Of a stretch of 64,000 bases of DNA, positions 1-12,559 are shown piece after piece. The notes under the pieces are model-generated. The model saw only the letters and a program-made list of their open reading frames with translations. It was not told where the DNA came from and ran no database searches. A program made the position numbers and the translations under genes. Position 1 is the stretch's first letter; each line of letters opens with the position of its first letter. The stretch lies in the NCBI GenBank assembly GCA_028023455.1, contig JAQFVV010000008.1, forward strand, positions 186,001 through 250,000, in the 5' to 3' direction. Source of the stretch: Epiperipatus broadwayi. Its lineage: Eukaryota; Animalia; Onychophora.

Positions 1-2857
1 ATATATTCATCTTTTAATATTATATTCATTTTAGTTTTGTTTGTAAAAAGTATACTAATAATTTGTCAGGTTATGAAAGTGGACGAAAGTTTTTTCAAAA
101 ATAATTTTTTATTTATAATTATAAAAATATTCAATAGTGGCAAATCTAAAACGAACGTTACTCACCAACCAAAAAGTTTTGCTGATGTCAGTGATTTCTT
201 TCCCAATTTTACGTTGTGGATAAGTAAATAGTTTTTGCTAAAATCTTGACTATTTTTCTAAAATAATTTTATTTTTAGCATATTTTATCAAAATAATTTA
301 TAATTTGTCAAAAAATACTTTTAAAATGGTCTAAAACATTCGTTTATCATTTTCGAAATGAAACAAAAGAAATCGTAATGATGGACGTTATTGACAACCA
401 TTTTCTTTGTTGTCAAAATTTAACAGCAATCAGATTTAAGAAAAGACCACCTTATTCTTTTGTTAGATCTGAAATATCAGTTTTATTGATTTTTTACTTG
501 GAAAATAATTCAAGAGAGGGCAGCATCTTATGGAACTTTTTATAACCTTTCAAATGACGGCAAAATCTTTACCGTAATGTTAAAAATAACAGGATTTGAA
601 TGATGGGAAGCAGTCATATTTTTAGCCATAACTAGCAAAAAGGCGGTTAACATTTAAAACCATATTAAAAAGTCACAACTATAGCATTCTGCCCTCGCAA
701 ACATAGACAGCAGATCTAATACGTAAGTACCATGAATTTGCTAGGATGAATAAATATTTGATTCTGGCATCTTTTATATATGTATAAAAATGTAAAAAAT
801 TTACAAATATGAAAATTTTATGGAAAAAAGGGAAACAATATTACCTTCATTCCTGTAACTCACACATTTCTGAGATTTGGAAAGAAAATGGTTTTACAGT
901 GTTTTTTTTAAATGAATGGAGTGTATCAGATTTTTAAAAAACCATTAGGAGTCAGAAGATTATGAAATATTTAAATAGTTTACAAGTATTTCTCTTATTT
1001 ATGAGATTGTATTTTAAATTCTCATTCGTAGTAGCTAAAATAATGCTCTGCTATATATTCTAAAATTTAATGATCTACATTAGATACAATGAAGCAGTAA
1101 TTTTAAGTAACTGAATAATGAAATTAATTGAGATACACTTATTTGGGGTTATGTACCATCCTGAATTAAGAACATTGAACAATGGAAACCTAGATACTGA
1201 TTTATATTTATTGTGCATTTGAGATTAATTTACTCAAAGTATGAATTCTTTTTTATTTTAGATATGGTTTAGCTCAACCTATTTATCAAATAGTACTACT
1301 TCCTATAAGAGGATTAATGAAATTGAAATCAGAGGTTATATATTTGAGAGATTTTATACCTTGTTTTGCCCTATATCTAGAAATAGCTAGATATATGTAT
1401 ACTATGTCTTGCTATTTTTAATTTGTGTAACACAGGAATTGGTGAATAATGCTTTTTCATTAGACTATTTAATGGCGTTTTACCTTTTTTATATTCTTTT
1501 TTTTTTTTTTGTCTTGTGTTTAATTTTATTCAAGTTTCTAAAACATTCTATTGTAGTTAATTTAAATATAAAAATATAATTACAGTGATTTGTATCTCAT
1601 CTAATATATTGAAATAAGAATGTAGATATTATATCGTTTTTTCTATGTAATACATTTGACCCCCCCCCCATAAATTTTATAAAATTACTTATCTTGTTGT
1701 TTAATTTAAAACGTCATTACGTTTTTCTAAATATATATATATATTTGTGTCATGTAATTATATACTATAAACTTATTGATAAGTTTTGTAATTATATAAT
1801 GAAAATTTATGATAAACAAATCTGAATCATATTTTATCAACATTTTTTGAGAAAAAAAAAGATTATCACAATATAAATGTTATAATATATACATAGAAAG
1901 TTTTATTAACTATTATTTTAATAGTTTTATCAAAATTTTATTTTTATGTTTAGTTACAAATAAATATTTAAATATATATGTATATGCTCAGATATACAAA
2001 TTATTACTATATATCCTCTGTTCTAAGCCACTATCTCCATTTTGTTGCTTTTGCTTTTTAAATCACTAATAAAATTAGCTCCCTTCATATTCATGTATGT
2101 TTTTTCTATCTTAGAGCAGACCTTAAAATTTCCAACATATCATCTCTTTTAAATATATTTCCAGTACATTTGGTTTCCTGATATTCCCCCCTCCTCCTGA
2201 TATATATTTTTCAATGTTTTTTGTTGTTGTTGTTTTCTTCATATTTACATATCACTAACCTCCTTAGTTTTAATTTTTTGGTCTAGAAAATATGTAAGTC
2301 TATTATGTCAGCATTGTCACTAATTTTATTGTATTCAATGGACAGGACTAAAATTAATTAAAAACTAAATAAAATAAATATAAATATTTTATTTTTAAGC
2401 CTTTAATTAATAAATAAAAATAACATTTAGGAGAGCAAATTATATTTGAGAACAATATACAGGCATTATCACACATTGATACTAAGAGATAATATCGATA
2501 TATAAAACAAAACTTTTCCCATATCACTATTTGATTTTAATATATGATTTTGACTATCTTTAATATGTATTCTAAATAAGATTCTAGGGAATGCTGTATA
2601 TTTTGTTTTTAGAATGGAGTATATTATTTTCTCTAGAACATTTTAAGTCACTTCTTCAGTTTATTAGCACGCTCAAATGTTATTATCTCATATGATCAAT
2701 GGGTATGTCCATTTTTTTTTAAAATAAAAATTAATTTGATAAAATTTCACAGTTCTTTATAATTGGAGTGACAAAATAAGATACAATTTTGGGAATAGAG
2801 ACTTGTATGTAAAAAAAAAGTATCAATTCTGTATATATATATGAAAATATTTAATTC

Positions 2858-5814
2858 TATCATCATTATCAACCATTATCAATCCACTGCAGGATGAATG
2901 TCTCTCCAAGTTTAATTCATCTTCTGCGATCTTTAGCTTCTCTTCTCCACATCACCCCTGCACACTTTCTTATTTCATCCATCCATCTCACATGTGGTCT
3001 CTTTCTGGGTCTTTTACAATCTCTTGGAATCCAGTTTAAAATTTCAATTGTCCATCTATTATCATCTCTTTTAGCAATATGTCCAGCCCAACTCCACTTC
3101 AATCTTTTAAGTTTTTCAATGAGGTCAGTAACACCTGTTTGTTCTCTTACCCATACATTGTGTTTTCGATCTCTTCTTGTTACTCCCAACATACATCTCT
3201 CCATACTTCTTTGAGTGGTCTGAAGTCTCTGTATTGCTCTTCTATTAAGTGTCCAAGTCTCAGATCCATAAGTAAGAACTGGTAAAACACATTTGTTAAA
3301 AATCTTCCTTTTTAAACACATAGGCATATTTGCTTTTAGTATTAAGTTATTTCTACTAAAAGCATTCCAACCAAGTTTAATTCTATGATTAATTTCTTCC
3401 ATTATGTTTCCATCTGTATTAATAATCTGACCAAGGTATTTGTAACTGTTAACTTCTTCTAATTCATCATAATCAATCTTTATTTTCATATTTTGAGCAA
3501 ATCGATTAAACATTACTTTAGTCTTTTTAACATTTATCTTTAGTCCTACTTTCCTATTTTCATCTGATAATTCCTGCAACATATCCTGCAGCTCTGAAGC
3601 ATTATTTGCAAAAACAACTACATCATCTGCGAAATCTAAATGACTTAAATAATCTCCATTTACTTTCACTCCTTTAGTTTCCCATTTTAATCCACAAAAT
3701 ACTTCTTGCAGCACTGCTGTAAAAAGTTTTGGAGATATGGAGTCACCTTGTCTTACGCCTTTCTCAATGTTGACTTTCCCAGTATCATTATGTAATCTAA
3801 TTGTTGCCGTTGCATTTTTATAAATATTCTTCAAAATATGACAATATCCTGGATCTATACCTTGATGATCCAATGCTTTAATCACTGAAGAAATGTTTAT
3901 AGAATCAAATGCCTTTTCATAATCTACAAATCCAAAACATAATGACAACTCATATTCATTTGTCCTTTCTATAACTTCTCTCAACACCCGGATATGATCT
4001 ACTGTACTAAAACCACTTTTAAATCCAGCTTGTTCTCTTGGTTGGTGGAAATTCAATGTTCTCTGTAGACGAGTTGTAATTATCTTGGTAAAAATTTTAT
4101 ATAAAACTGATAAAAGGCTGATAGGTCTGTAATTTCTAATATCTTCTTTATCACCTTTTTTAAATATTAATATTATTATTGCATTCTTCCAATCATCCGG
4201 TACATCTTTATCATTTAGACATTTGGTATATAACTTTGCTAAAAAAAATTCTATTTCTTCACCTGCTTCTTTTAATATATCAATTATAATTCCATCATTA
4301 CCTGGAGCCTTTCCTTTCTTCATACATTTAATTATCTGTCTCACTTCTTCATTTAAAATTCTGGGCAATTCTGAAGATGTAATAGATATAGGAGGTACTT
4401 GTTCTTTATTACTATATAATTCTTGATAAAAATCTTCTACTAATTTCATGATGTCATCTCTCTTTTTAGTAACAATTCCATCTTTTTTTCTTATTGCAGA
4501 TATAAATTTCCTACCAATACCAAAATGTTGTTTTACATTCTTAAGACTTTTATTTTCTTCTACAGCTTTCCTTGCTAGTTCACAGTTATACTTTCTTATA
4601 TCATTTTCAACTCTTTTCCGCACCATTTTACAAAATTTGAGATATTCAATTCTTTTTAATGCATCATTTTTGTATATCTTCATTTTTCTTCATAAATTCT
4701 CTAGTCTCAGTAGAAATTTTATTGGTCAATTGCTGCTTTCTTCTACCAGCTATCTTTGTTGCAGTTTTTAAAAGTGTATCAGTTATTTTCATATTAATTT
4801 CATTCAAATCTGAATCATGTTCAAAATCTACTAATACTTGAAACTGATTTGTAAGTTCTAATTTAAATTCATTAGAATGTTTCTGAATATTAGGAATATC
4901 AACTGTAAATATTGTTTTTCTTAATAATTTTTGTCTCTCTAGTTTCACATTAACACGTATCTTACACCTTACTAATTGATGATCACTTCCTATGTTAAAT
5001 TTATTAAGAACATTACAGTCTTGAAATATGTATTCCCTGTTAGTCAAAATATAATCCAATTCTGCTGTATCTTCATTTGGATGCTTCCATGTCCATTTCC
5101 TTTTAACATTTTTCTCAAAAAAAGAATTCATAATATAAAGTTTTTCTTTTTCTGCAAACTCCACAAGTCTCTGTCCTCTCTCATTTCTGTTACCATAACC
5201 AAAATTACCTACAGCACTTTCATCTTTCATTTGTTTACCAATTCTAGCATTAAAGTCTCCCATAACAATTTTAAATTGTTGTTTACCTGATCGAAAGCCT
5301 TTTGTACATCCATATAAAAATCTTCTACTACTTCATCACTATGAGAACTTGTTGGGGCATAAACCTGAATTATCTGCATTTGGTATCTGCTATTAAGTTG
5401 TATAACTAATCTTGCCACTCTGTCCGATGCACCATCAATCTCCACAATATTGTTCTTCCACTTTTTATTTATAATGAATCCTACTCCACTTGTATTTCCA
5501 ATATTTGTGCCTTTATAATAGAGTATATGTCCACTTTTTAAATCAATTATCTCTTCACCTTTTTTTCTAACTTCACAAAGTCCAATAATTTCCCATTTAA
5601 TATAAGACAGTTCTTCTAATTCTTGCAATCTTCCTTCACTTGAAAGTGATCTGCAGTTGTAAGTACCTAAATAAAAAGTTGTCATCAAATGGCAGCCTGG
5701 GTCCACAATCAGGGGATTCTTAGCACCCTCCGCCTTCGGCCACCAATCGCTGCCTTGGTTGGTGACTTTACAGCCTCCTGGGAATAAGGGCCATGCTTTA
5801 TTTTTGTCTGTCAT
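2858..5814 (-). mobile_element. RTE-clade non-LTR retrotransposon, nearly full length (~2.95 kb)
   Basis: APE endonuclease motifs (GTYNCRSL, LCEVR, QVYAPT, GDFNA, ELDYIL, SDHQLV) are followed by RT (YRPISLL, DYEKAFDS, GVRQGDSISP, FADD). The 3' end reads CATCCTGCAGTGGATTGATAATGGTTGATAATGATGAT, an RTE-type (TGA)-like tail. The leader at 5686-5800 is GC-rich. A degenerate ~28 bp direct repeat at 2825-2853 and 5815-5844 may be a TSD. Confidence 0.95.
2917..5685 (-). pseudogene. RTE endonuclease/reverse transcriptase ORF broken by two frameshifts
   Basis: ORF-track pieces 5227-5814, 4664-5263 and 2917-4683 are consecutive parts of one EN-RT protein. Frameshifts lie near 5230-5263 and 4664-4683. 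Likely start is MTTFYLGTYN at 5685. Confidence 0.92.
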
Positions 5815-6135
5815 AATTGTATATATGTATTGGAAAAATATTTATCATTTACATAAACATTCATTCTGCCTTATCAGGCACTGAGAAGAAAGACCATGGT
5901 GTTTCTTGATCTTAAACTCAGAGGTAAAAAGCCAATAAACTCACCACGCTGGCTAATGCGTGTTGGTGAGCAGCCCATTCATGTTTGTATACTATATGAA
6001 TAATCACATAGTAATAACAGCTGCAACAACAAGATCGGATGAAGTGGACATTAGGAATTTTCCCTGCTCGGATTTAATTCTATAGCAGTATGTTATTTGC
6101 TTATATTGAATGTTTCTTAAATATATAATATTAAA

Positions 6136-6352
6136 GGCATTTGAACTCGGGATTTTTCAGTCTAGTCATTCTCCATCTCAAGCAACCAATATACATGACC
6201 ACCACCCGTGCAAAAAAAAAATGCCTGATCCCCACTTTATGTATGAAATATGTATATTGGGAATCATGTATTTTTTGCATCCATGTAGTCATATGTATTG
6301 GTTGCTTGAAATGGAGTTGGGAACAGACTGAAAAATCTTTAGTTGAAATCCC
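6136..6352. repeat. Two partial family-X units in inverted orientation (tRNA-like segments pointing outward)
   Basis: 6136-6204 is an imperfect reverse complement of 6285-6352, and both match the tRNA-like end of family X. The 3' half of the hammerhead (GAAA T ATGT A TA TTGGG) is at 6245-6261. Confidence 0.75.
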
Positions 6353-7112
6353 TCTAATTAAATATGAAAATATTTAATAAATAAAATTTTCAATTTTTTA
6401 TCTCTAGTTAAAAACTACAATTCCATTCTTACTAAGAATGCAGCCAATCAACTTTAATTGCCTGGGGCTGAGAAAGGGAATATACTATTAGTGTTAAAAT
6501 GCAATCAAAAGACATAACTATATATTATTAACTACTGCATATTTGATAATTAAATAATGTAAATATGTTAGCCACTGAAAAACTGGTGAATGTACTTAGA
6601 TGTCAGTAGGTATCATAAAATAATAGTAGTTGATGATCATCACCAGTGGTAGTTTGCCGTTTTTTGCCATCAGGCTTTAGCACAATTATTGTTATTTCAG
6701 TATTTAGAACTATATCACAAAGTTTCATGAGCTCTTTATCTGATTGATAGTTTTAGAAAGTAGTTCCATTATTTATAATATTAAATCAAAATAGTAGGTA
6801 ATTAAACATATGATTAAATTAAAATTATAAAATACACTATATTCTGTATCTAAGATAGCTTATAAGAGAAATAACATCAATTAGCCATACTAAGACACAC
6901 AGCTGACAACATATTTTTAAACATTTATTTAGATTATGGCCCTAGATTTCAAAAAATCTTCATTTATCATTACATTGTTGTTGTTTTTTTTTTTAAAAAA
7001 AGATTTTAATGATAAGTATAGGGGATTTGAACTGAGATTTTCAAGCACCCTTCAATTATCCACACTATCTTATACAACTGATACATATGACCACACACAT
7101 GTAGAAAAGATA

Positions 7113-7172
7113 AATTATCACCAATATACGTATTTTATGCTAAACCAGCACTCATCAGTTGGTCCAGATTAT
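7113..7172 (-). ncRNA. Type I hammerhead ribozyme, family X (G12A variant)
   Basis: Minus strand: ATAATC TGG ACCAA CTGATGA GTGCT GGTTT AGCAT AAAA T ACGT A TA TTGGT GATAAT. Stems I and II and the minimal stem III are intact, but GAAA reads AAAA. Confidence 0.85.
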
Positions 7173-7561
7173 CATCTCCCATACATATATATAATCAGTG
7201 CTCAGCTTTACATTAAGATAGCAAATCTTCATACTTTAATGGACAGGCTTCAATCCACTCCAATCTCAAACTTTTCAGTTCATCCATATCATTGAAAATC
7301 TGATGATAAAAACCCAAATCCCATGCTGATGCCAATATTATTGCCATGCCAATGTTGACCTCAAGTCACTCTGACCCCTCATGTATAGGACCTTATCCAC
7401 TTAAATACATAGAAGAGGGATGGGCAGCATACAAGCTCGATGTGTAAATATTTGAAAACCAGGCACTCTTCACAAACCTGGGAGCTTAAGCACCCTTCAA
7501 CTATCCACACTATCTCATACAACTGATACACATGACCACACACATGTAGAAAAGATAAATA

Positions 7562-7617
7562 ATCATCAATATACATATTTCTTGCTAAACCAGCCTTCAT
7601 CAGTGGGTCCAGATTAT
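7562..7617 (-). ncRNA. Type I hammerhead ribozyme, family X (core intact, stems degraded)
   Basis: Minus strand: ACCCA CTGATGA AGGCT GGTTT AGCAA GAAA T ATGT A TA TTGAT. Confidence 0.75.
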
Positions 7618-7804
7618 CATCTGTCACACATATAAGTAATCAGTGCTCAACTTTATATTAAGATAGCAAATCTTCATCCTTTAATGGACAGACTTCAATC
7701 CACTCCAATCTCCTAACTTTTCAGCCATTCATATTATTGAAAATCTGATGATGAAAACCCAAATCCCATATAAAGCTAAGCAGTGATTATATATGTGTGT
7801 TGGA

Positions 7805-7865
7805 GATGATAATCTAGACTAACTGATGCTGGTTTAGCATGAAATACTATATTGGTGATTATTTA
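7805..7865 (+). ncRNA. Inactive family-X hammerhead (deletion in core/stem II)
   Basis: ACTAA CTGATG CTGGTTT AGCAT GAAA TAC TA TA TTGGT; about 4 nt are missing after CTGATG relative to other copies. Confidence 0.7.
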
Positions 7866-8436
7866 TCTTTTCTATATGTGTGTAGTTGTGTATATCAGTT
7901 GTACGAGATAGTGTGGATAGTTGAAGGGTCCTTGAAAATCTGAGTTCAAATCCCCTATACTTACAATTAAGCTCCCACGCTTGTGAAGAGTGTCTGGTTT
8001 TCAAATATTTTAATGATAAAGAATTTTGACTTACCCTACATATTTCTGAAAGACTGAGAAACAGATATATTTTCAATTTAACCACTACATCATGATTTTT
8101 TTAATAGAATTTATTTTGTTTAATGTGAATTGACTGATGGGTATTTGGAGAAATTAATTAGCTTTGAATAAAGAGAGAGTAATATTATATAAGGGATTCT
8201 TTTAATTAATTGCAATAGTTTATATTTTTGTTATTTAGAAAGTCTGTGCCTCTACTTGTTATTATTAAATGCTAAGTAACTGAATGATAAACAGATGTAA
8301 AATTGTTTATTCATAAATCACATCTTTTTATCATTAGAAATATAATATAGTTTAGATTGTTTTGTGTCATGAACTTGTTTTTTGAAATGAAATGATTTTC
8401 ACTGAAAGTGTGTTACAAATAGATGAATAGATGTTA

Positions 8437-8881
8437 AAAACTTATTAGTCATTCATTAGACTAGACATTATCTACTTAATTAATAATATTTCTGTAGTGT
8501 AATTTTCACTACACCAGTCAATGAAGGGATTAAGTGGATAATCTCTAAACTAATGAATGACTAATAAAAATGATTTATGTACTTCCATTAAGTGGTTTGT
8601 GTTAAAGTTGTAGAGCAATAAGTTTGACACATCAATTAAACTATAGTGATTGGCTGTCTACATATAATGAACATTGATAAAAATATGTGTAAGGGATTGT
8701 GATCTGGGCCAACTAATGAGTGCTGGTTCAGCATGAAATGTGTTATCTTGGGGATCATACATACCTTTGGTCATATATTTATGATTTCACTTCTCCATAA
8801 AGTGTTAAAGGCAGATAGAAACCAGTCCCATATTGCATGAGAATGGTGCAGTGAAAATTATACTACAGAAATATTATTCAT
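8437..8881. mobile_element. Diverged family-X-related insertion: one ~351 bp monomer plus an inverted 79 bp junction fragment
   Basis: TAGATGAATAGATGTTA flanks it exactly at 8420-8436 and 8882-8898. The reverse complement of 8437-8515 matches 8846-8881 followed by 8531-8567. Confidence 0.75.
8701..8756 (+). ncRNA. Type I hammerhead ribozyme, family-X subfamily (G5A variant)
   Basis: GATC TGG GCCAA CTAATGA GTGCTG GTT CAGCAT GAAA T GTGTT A TC TTGGG GATC. Stem II has 6 bp and stem I is extended by GATC/GATC. Confidence 0.85.
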
Positions 8882-9775
8882 TAGATGAATAGATGTTATA
8901 CAATACGATTTTAACTCTTAAACTTTTTAAAAAGTGTTTTATTGTTAATAGTATTATAAAAGTAGAGAGTAAAATTATGCTTTTATTATTTGCAGTAAGA
9001 AAATGCACAGATCTATTTTTACTTCTTTTTTTTCCAGTTTTATTGATGATTCCTTTGAAATATATCAAACTAACTTAGAACATTTTTATCAGTTTTGGAT
9101 AAACCAATCAAGGTTTTTATTTATATTTGTAGAAGATATATTAAATAATCTTGAAATATTAACTGAACTCATTATTTATTTATAACAAATTAGTAGTCTT
9201 GTAGATAGTTTTAGGAAAACTAAGAATATCCATTCATCATTTTGTAATGAAGATCAGTTATTTAAAATTTATAATCTGATCGTTCAATTAATTAAATAAC
9301 AAAATTTAGTATACTACATATTGGTCAAACTGAAATTTAACAAAACTAATACCATACAGACCATTTCTTGGATGGTCATGTGATATTTAAGCATTAAATG
9401 TCAGTTTGGGCCTGGTAGTTCCATTTATTTGTTCAAATATAAAGTTATATTTCTATTTTTTGTTGTTGTTTTTCTCAAATCATATTTATATTATATTAAA
9501 TATATTGCATAGATATCTAGAAATAAAACTTTAAATTATTAGAATTAGTATATTTCAAAATAATTTTTTAATTAATAATAATAAACCTGAACATTAATTT
9601 AATTATGTTAACTGCTTCCTTTGGGTCTTAAATTTATGAAATATTTGTTAAAGTATTGTACATATTTTAACGTAATTAGCTATCACATCAAAGAGACAGT
9701 TGTGCAAATTTTATTAATATTCTTGCAATTTTTTTTTTTTGTAGTTGGACTGGCCATACTTGTTTATGGTTGGTC

Positions 9776-10090
<315 letters not shown>

Positions 10091-11109
10091 AGTTGTTATT
10101 GCAAAATTTAATATTTTGAATAAATAAATTGATACATAAATGAAATAAAATATGGCAGAATTGAAATTAATGATAACAAGATAATGCTAAACAAACTTTG
10201 GAAATAATGAATTCATTAAAAAATAAATATTACTAATTTAGAAAGTTTTATATATAGGCATTGAGAGATTAATAAAACTGCAGACAAAAAGATATTTAGA
10301 GGTTGTGCCTGAAATATGATAGAAATGCAATCCAGTTTTTATAATATTGAATTTAATCATTTTTCAAATAGTTGAAAAATTTTAACCTTACTTTGAATAT
10401 ACACAAGCACATTAGAACAGATGTGTACAGCAGTAGATAGATAATAATTGTTATGTTTATTACATTTTTACTCATTCATTTCTCATTAGATCTTAATTCT
10501 TACTTATAGTAAATTTATTCAAATATTTTTCCAAGAATCTGTTGAACAATCAACCACTTCAAACTTTAAATGGTTAATATAGCCATTGATTACTTTACGA
10601 CACTTTCACACATTTCAGATTGTCTTGGTTGCAAATGCTCAATTTAATCTGTTACAAATCAGCTTGTTTATTAGCTCATTGGTCAGAAAATCTTTTTAGA
10701 CTTTTAGTGCTAACTTTCTTAAGTATATCTCATTAACTTTTAAATAATCTTCATACTAATTTTTTTTTTCATTAGTTCAATAGAATGTATACAGAATTCC
10801 AAAATTACTACCTTTGCTATATTATGCCATACATATCCTTTATAAGACATGATTGAATATCAGTGACAGGATCATTATATCTTGATGACAATTCTGTCAT
10901 TCATTAAAACAAACAATTATAATTCCAAATCTTGAAATATAAAATCAAAATAAATACTGTATTATCTTCTGATTTTATACTATCTATTTGGTTCAAAATT
11001 TCAATTTATAATCTTAAACCATTACTAGAAAGTATTATAACAGTGCTTTAATTTATAAATAATTTTATTGAAAAACATATGTAAGAATGATACAATTTAA
11101 ATAAAATAA

Positions 11110-12545
11110 TAGTTATCCATGTTGCCCGGGCAACTAGATGGTCTGATGTGCTCTCTGGTGTTGTTTAATCCAGCTTAATAAGGCTCCATGTGTTTTCAAA
11201 TAATCTGAATGAGATGATACTGTCCTTATGGCAAAATTCCTTCAACTTAAAAATGAATATGCCTTCAGGCTTGGGATGAGGAATGGTAAACTTGTTGCAA
11301 CATCTGGCCATCCAGGTGGCATAAGTGATGAAGATTGAAAAGTCTTGAGATGACATTATCTCTAGACAGGAAGCAGCTCTTGATATCTAATATTTTTTTT
11401 AGGGAAATGTGGCAATTGTGAGCAATGAATGTTCTGATTTTGTCATATGCTGGGCAATCATTTATCATGTGGTCAAAGGTTTCAGAGGTTCTGTGGCAGT
11501 TGTGACATGTAGGATCTATGTTCTTGAAGAATCTCCTGTAGTGCAGGAACCAGTTCGTCTGGAGTGAATTCAGGTTAATTTTCACTAGGAAGTCCAGGAA
11601 CCTTGCCTCCAGCTTGAGATATTTGAAAAACCTGGTGATCACTCGATTGTTACCACTGAGGTAAGGAAGGGTAGAGTTTTGAGTGGGAAATAACAGGTCA
11701 TGAGCATCTCAAATAGAGATTTTCTGTCAGAATACTAGGATTGAATGGCCATTGTGAGCAAGAAGGTAGCCAAGTATCTGATTTAGCCAGCTTCGAGGGT
11801 GGAGGTCTGTCAGACGAAATGACTGGTTGTTCAGTTACAACCTGGGGAAATTTCTTTTGGAGGATGTGGATCAGAGAGTGGCACTTTTGGTAATATATTG
11901 AGAAAGTTGCATGCAATGACATACCATTATTTTTTCTATGCCGCTGCATGCGTTCAATTCCTATGGCCGCTGTTTTATCATTCCATAAAAGCTGTGCACA
12001 TATTTGGTTGATTTTGCTGTTGAATGTCTTTGTCATGTTTATGATGGGTAAATAGTAGCTAATCTTTGCCATTATCTTGATGTTGAGGAGCGAGATTTTC
12101 CCTTGCAGCAATAGGTAAACCTTGCCAAGGTTTTTAACTGTGTTGGTGGTGGCTTCAATGATGGATTTCTATATTTGTATCGACATGGCTTGTGGCATCT
12201 TGTATATGGGGAACCCCAAAAAGCTTTGGGGGTCCACTAAAAAAGGTGATGAGATCTTCTTGCCGGTGTTGATTTTCCAGGCCGATGACTTGTTAAGGTT
12301 GAAGGAAAGTTTGGAGGATTCAGAAAATTTTTGATTATTTGGATGAGAGGTTTTAGATATTTTTGGGAAGGTAGGGTGACAAATACATCATCCATGTAGG
12401 CCAACACTTTTCAGTGTTTCTTCAGCTGGCGTACATAGATTTCTGGAAGCCCTGCCTCAATCTGTTTAAGAAGGGATGAATAGGAGACCACTAAGTGGAG
12501 ATCCTTGGGGTATAAATCTTGAAGGAATAAAACCATCTGTAAAGA
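11110..12545 (-). mobile_element. 5'-truncated L1/Tx1-like LINE (RT 3' part plus CCHC domain), frameshifted
   Basis: Minus strand encodes PQGSPLSGLLF and YMDD, then CHNCHRTSETFDHMINDC (zinc knuckle) and ATWMARC. A 3' hairpin contains GTTGCCCGGGCAAC. Confidence 0.85.
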
Positions 12546-12559
12546 AACAGTGCTTTAAT

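Larger units (their letters stand above)
7016..8006. mobile_element. Family-X retrozyme-like insertion: ~1.7 tandem units (-) plus an inverted partial unit (+)
   Basis: 7016-7327 is repeated at 7488-7770 (hammerhead cores 445 bp apart). 7785-8006 is an inverted copy. ATTTTAATGATAA flanks it exactly at 7003-7015 and 8007-8019. Confidence 0.85.

Noticed and set aside
2894-5290. Plus-strand ORFs over the RTE
   Set aside because: Antisense shadows of the EN-RT frame with no independent features.
5888-5930. Minus-strand CTGAG..GAAACACCATGGTC resembling the family-Z hammerhead
   Set aside because: The core reads CTGAGTT, and neither stem I nor stem II can be paired.
7305-7335. Second CTGATGA in the family-X body on the strand opposite the ribozyme
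   Set aside because: No GAAA follows a closing stem II in any copy, so there is no evidence for an opposite-polarity hammerhead.
8028-8085. Strong minus-strand donor (AGG|GTAAGT) after MVKLKIYLFLSLSEICR
   Set aside because: No partner exons or homology found, so it cannot support a gene.
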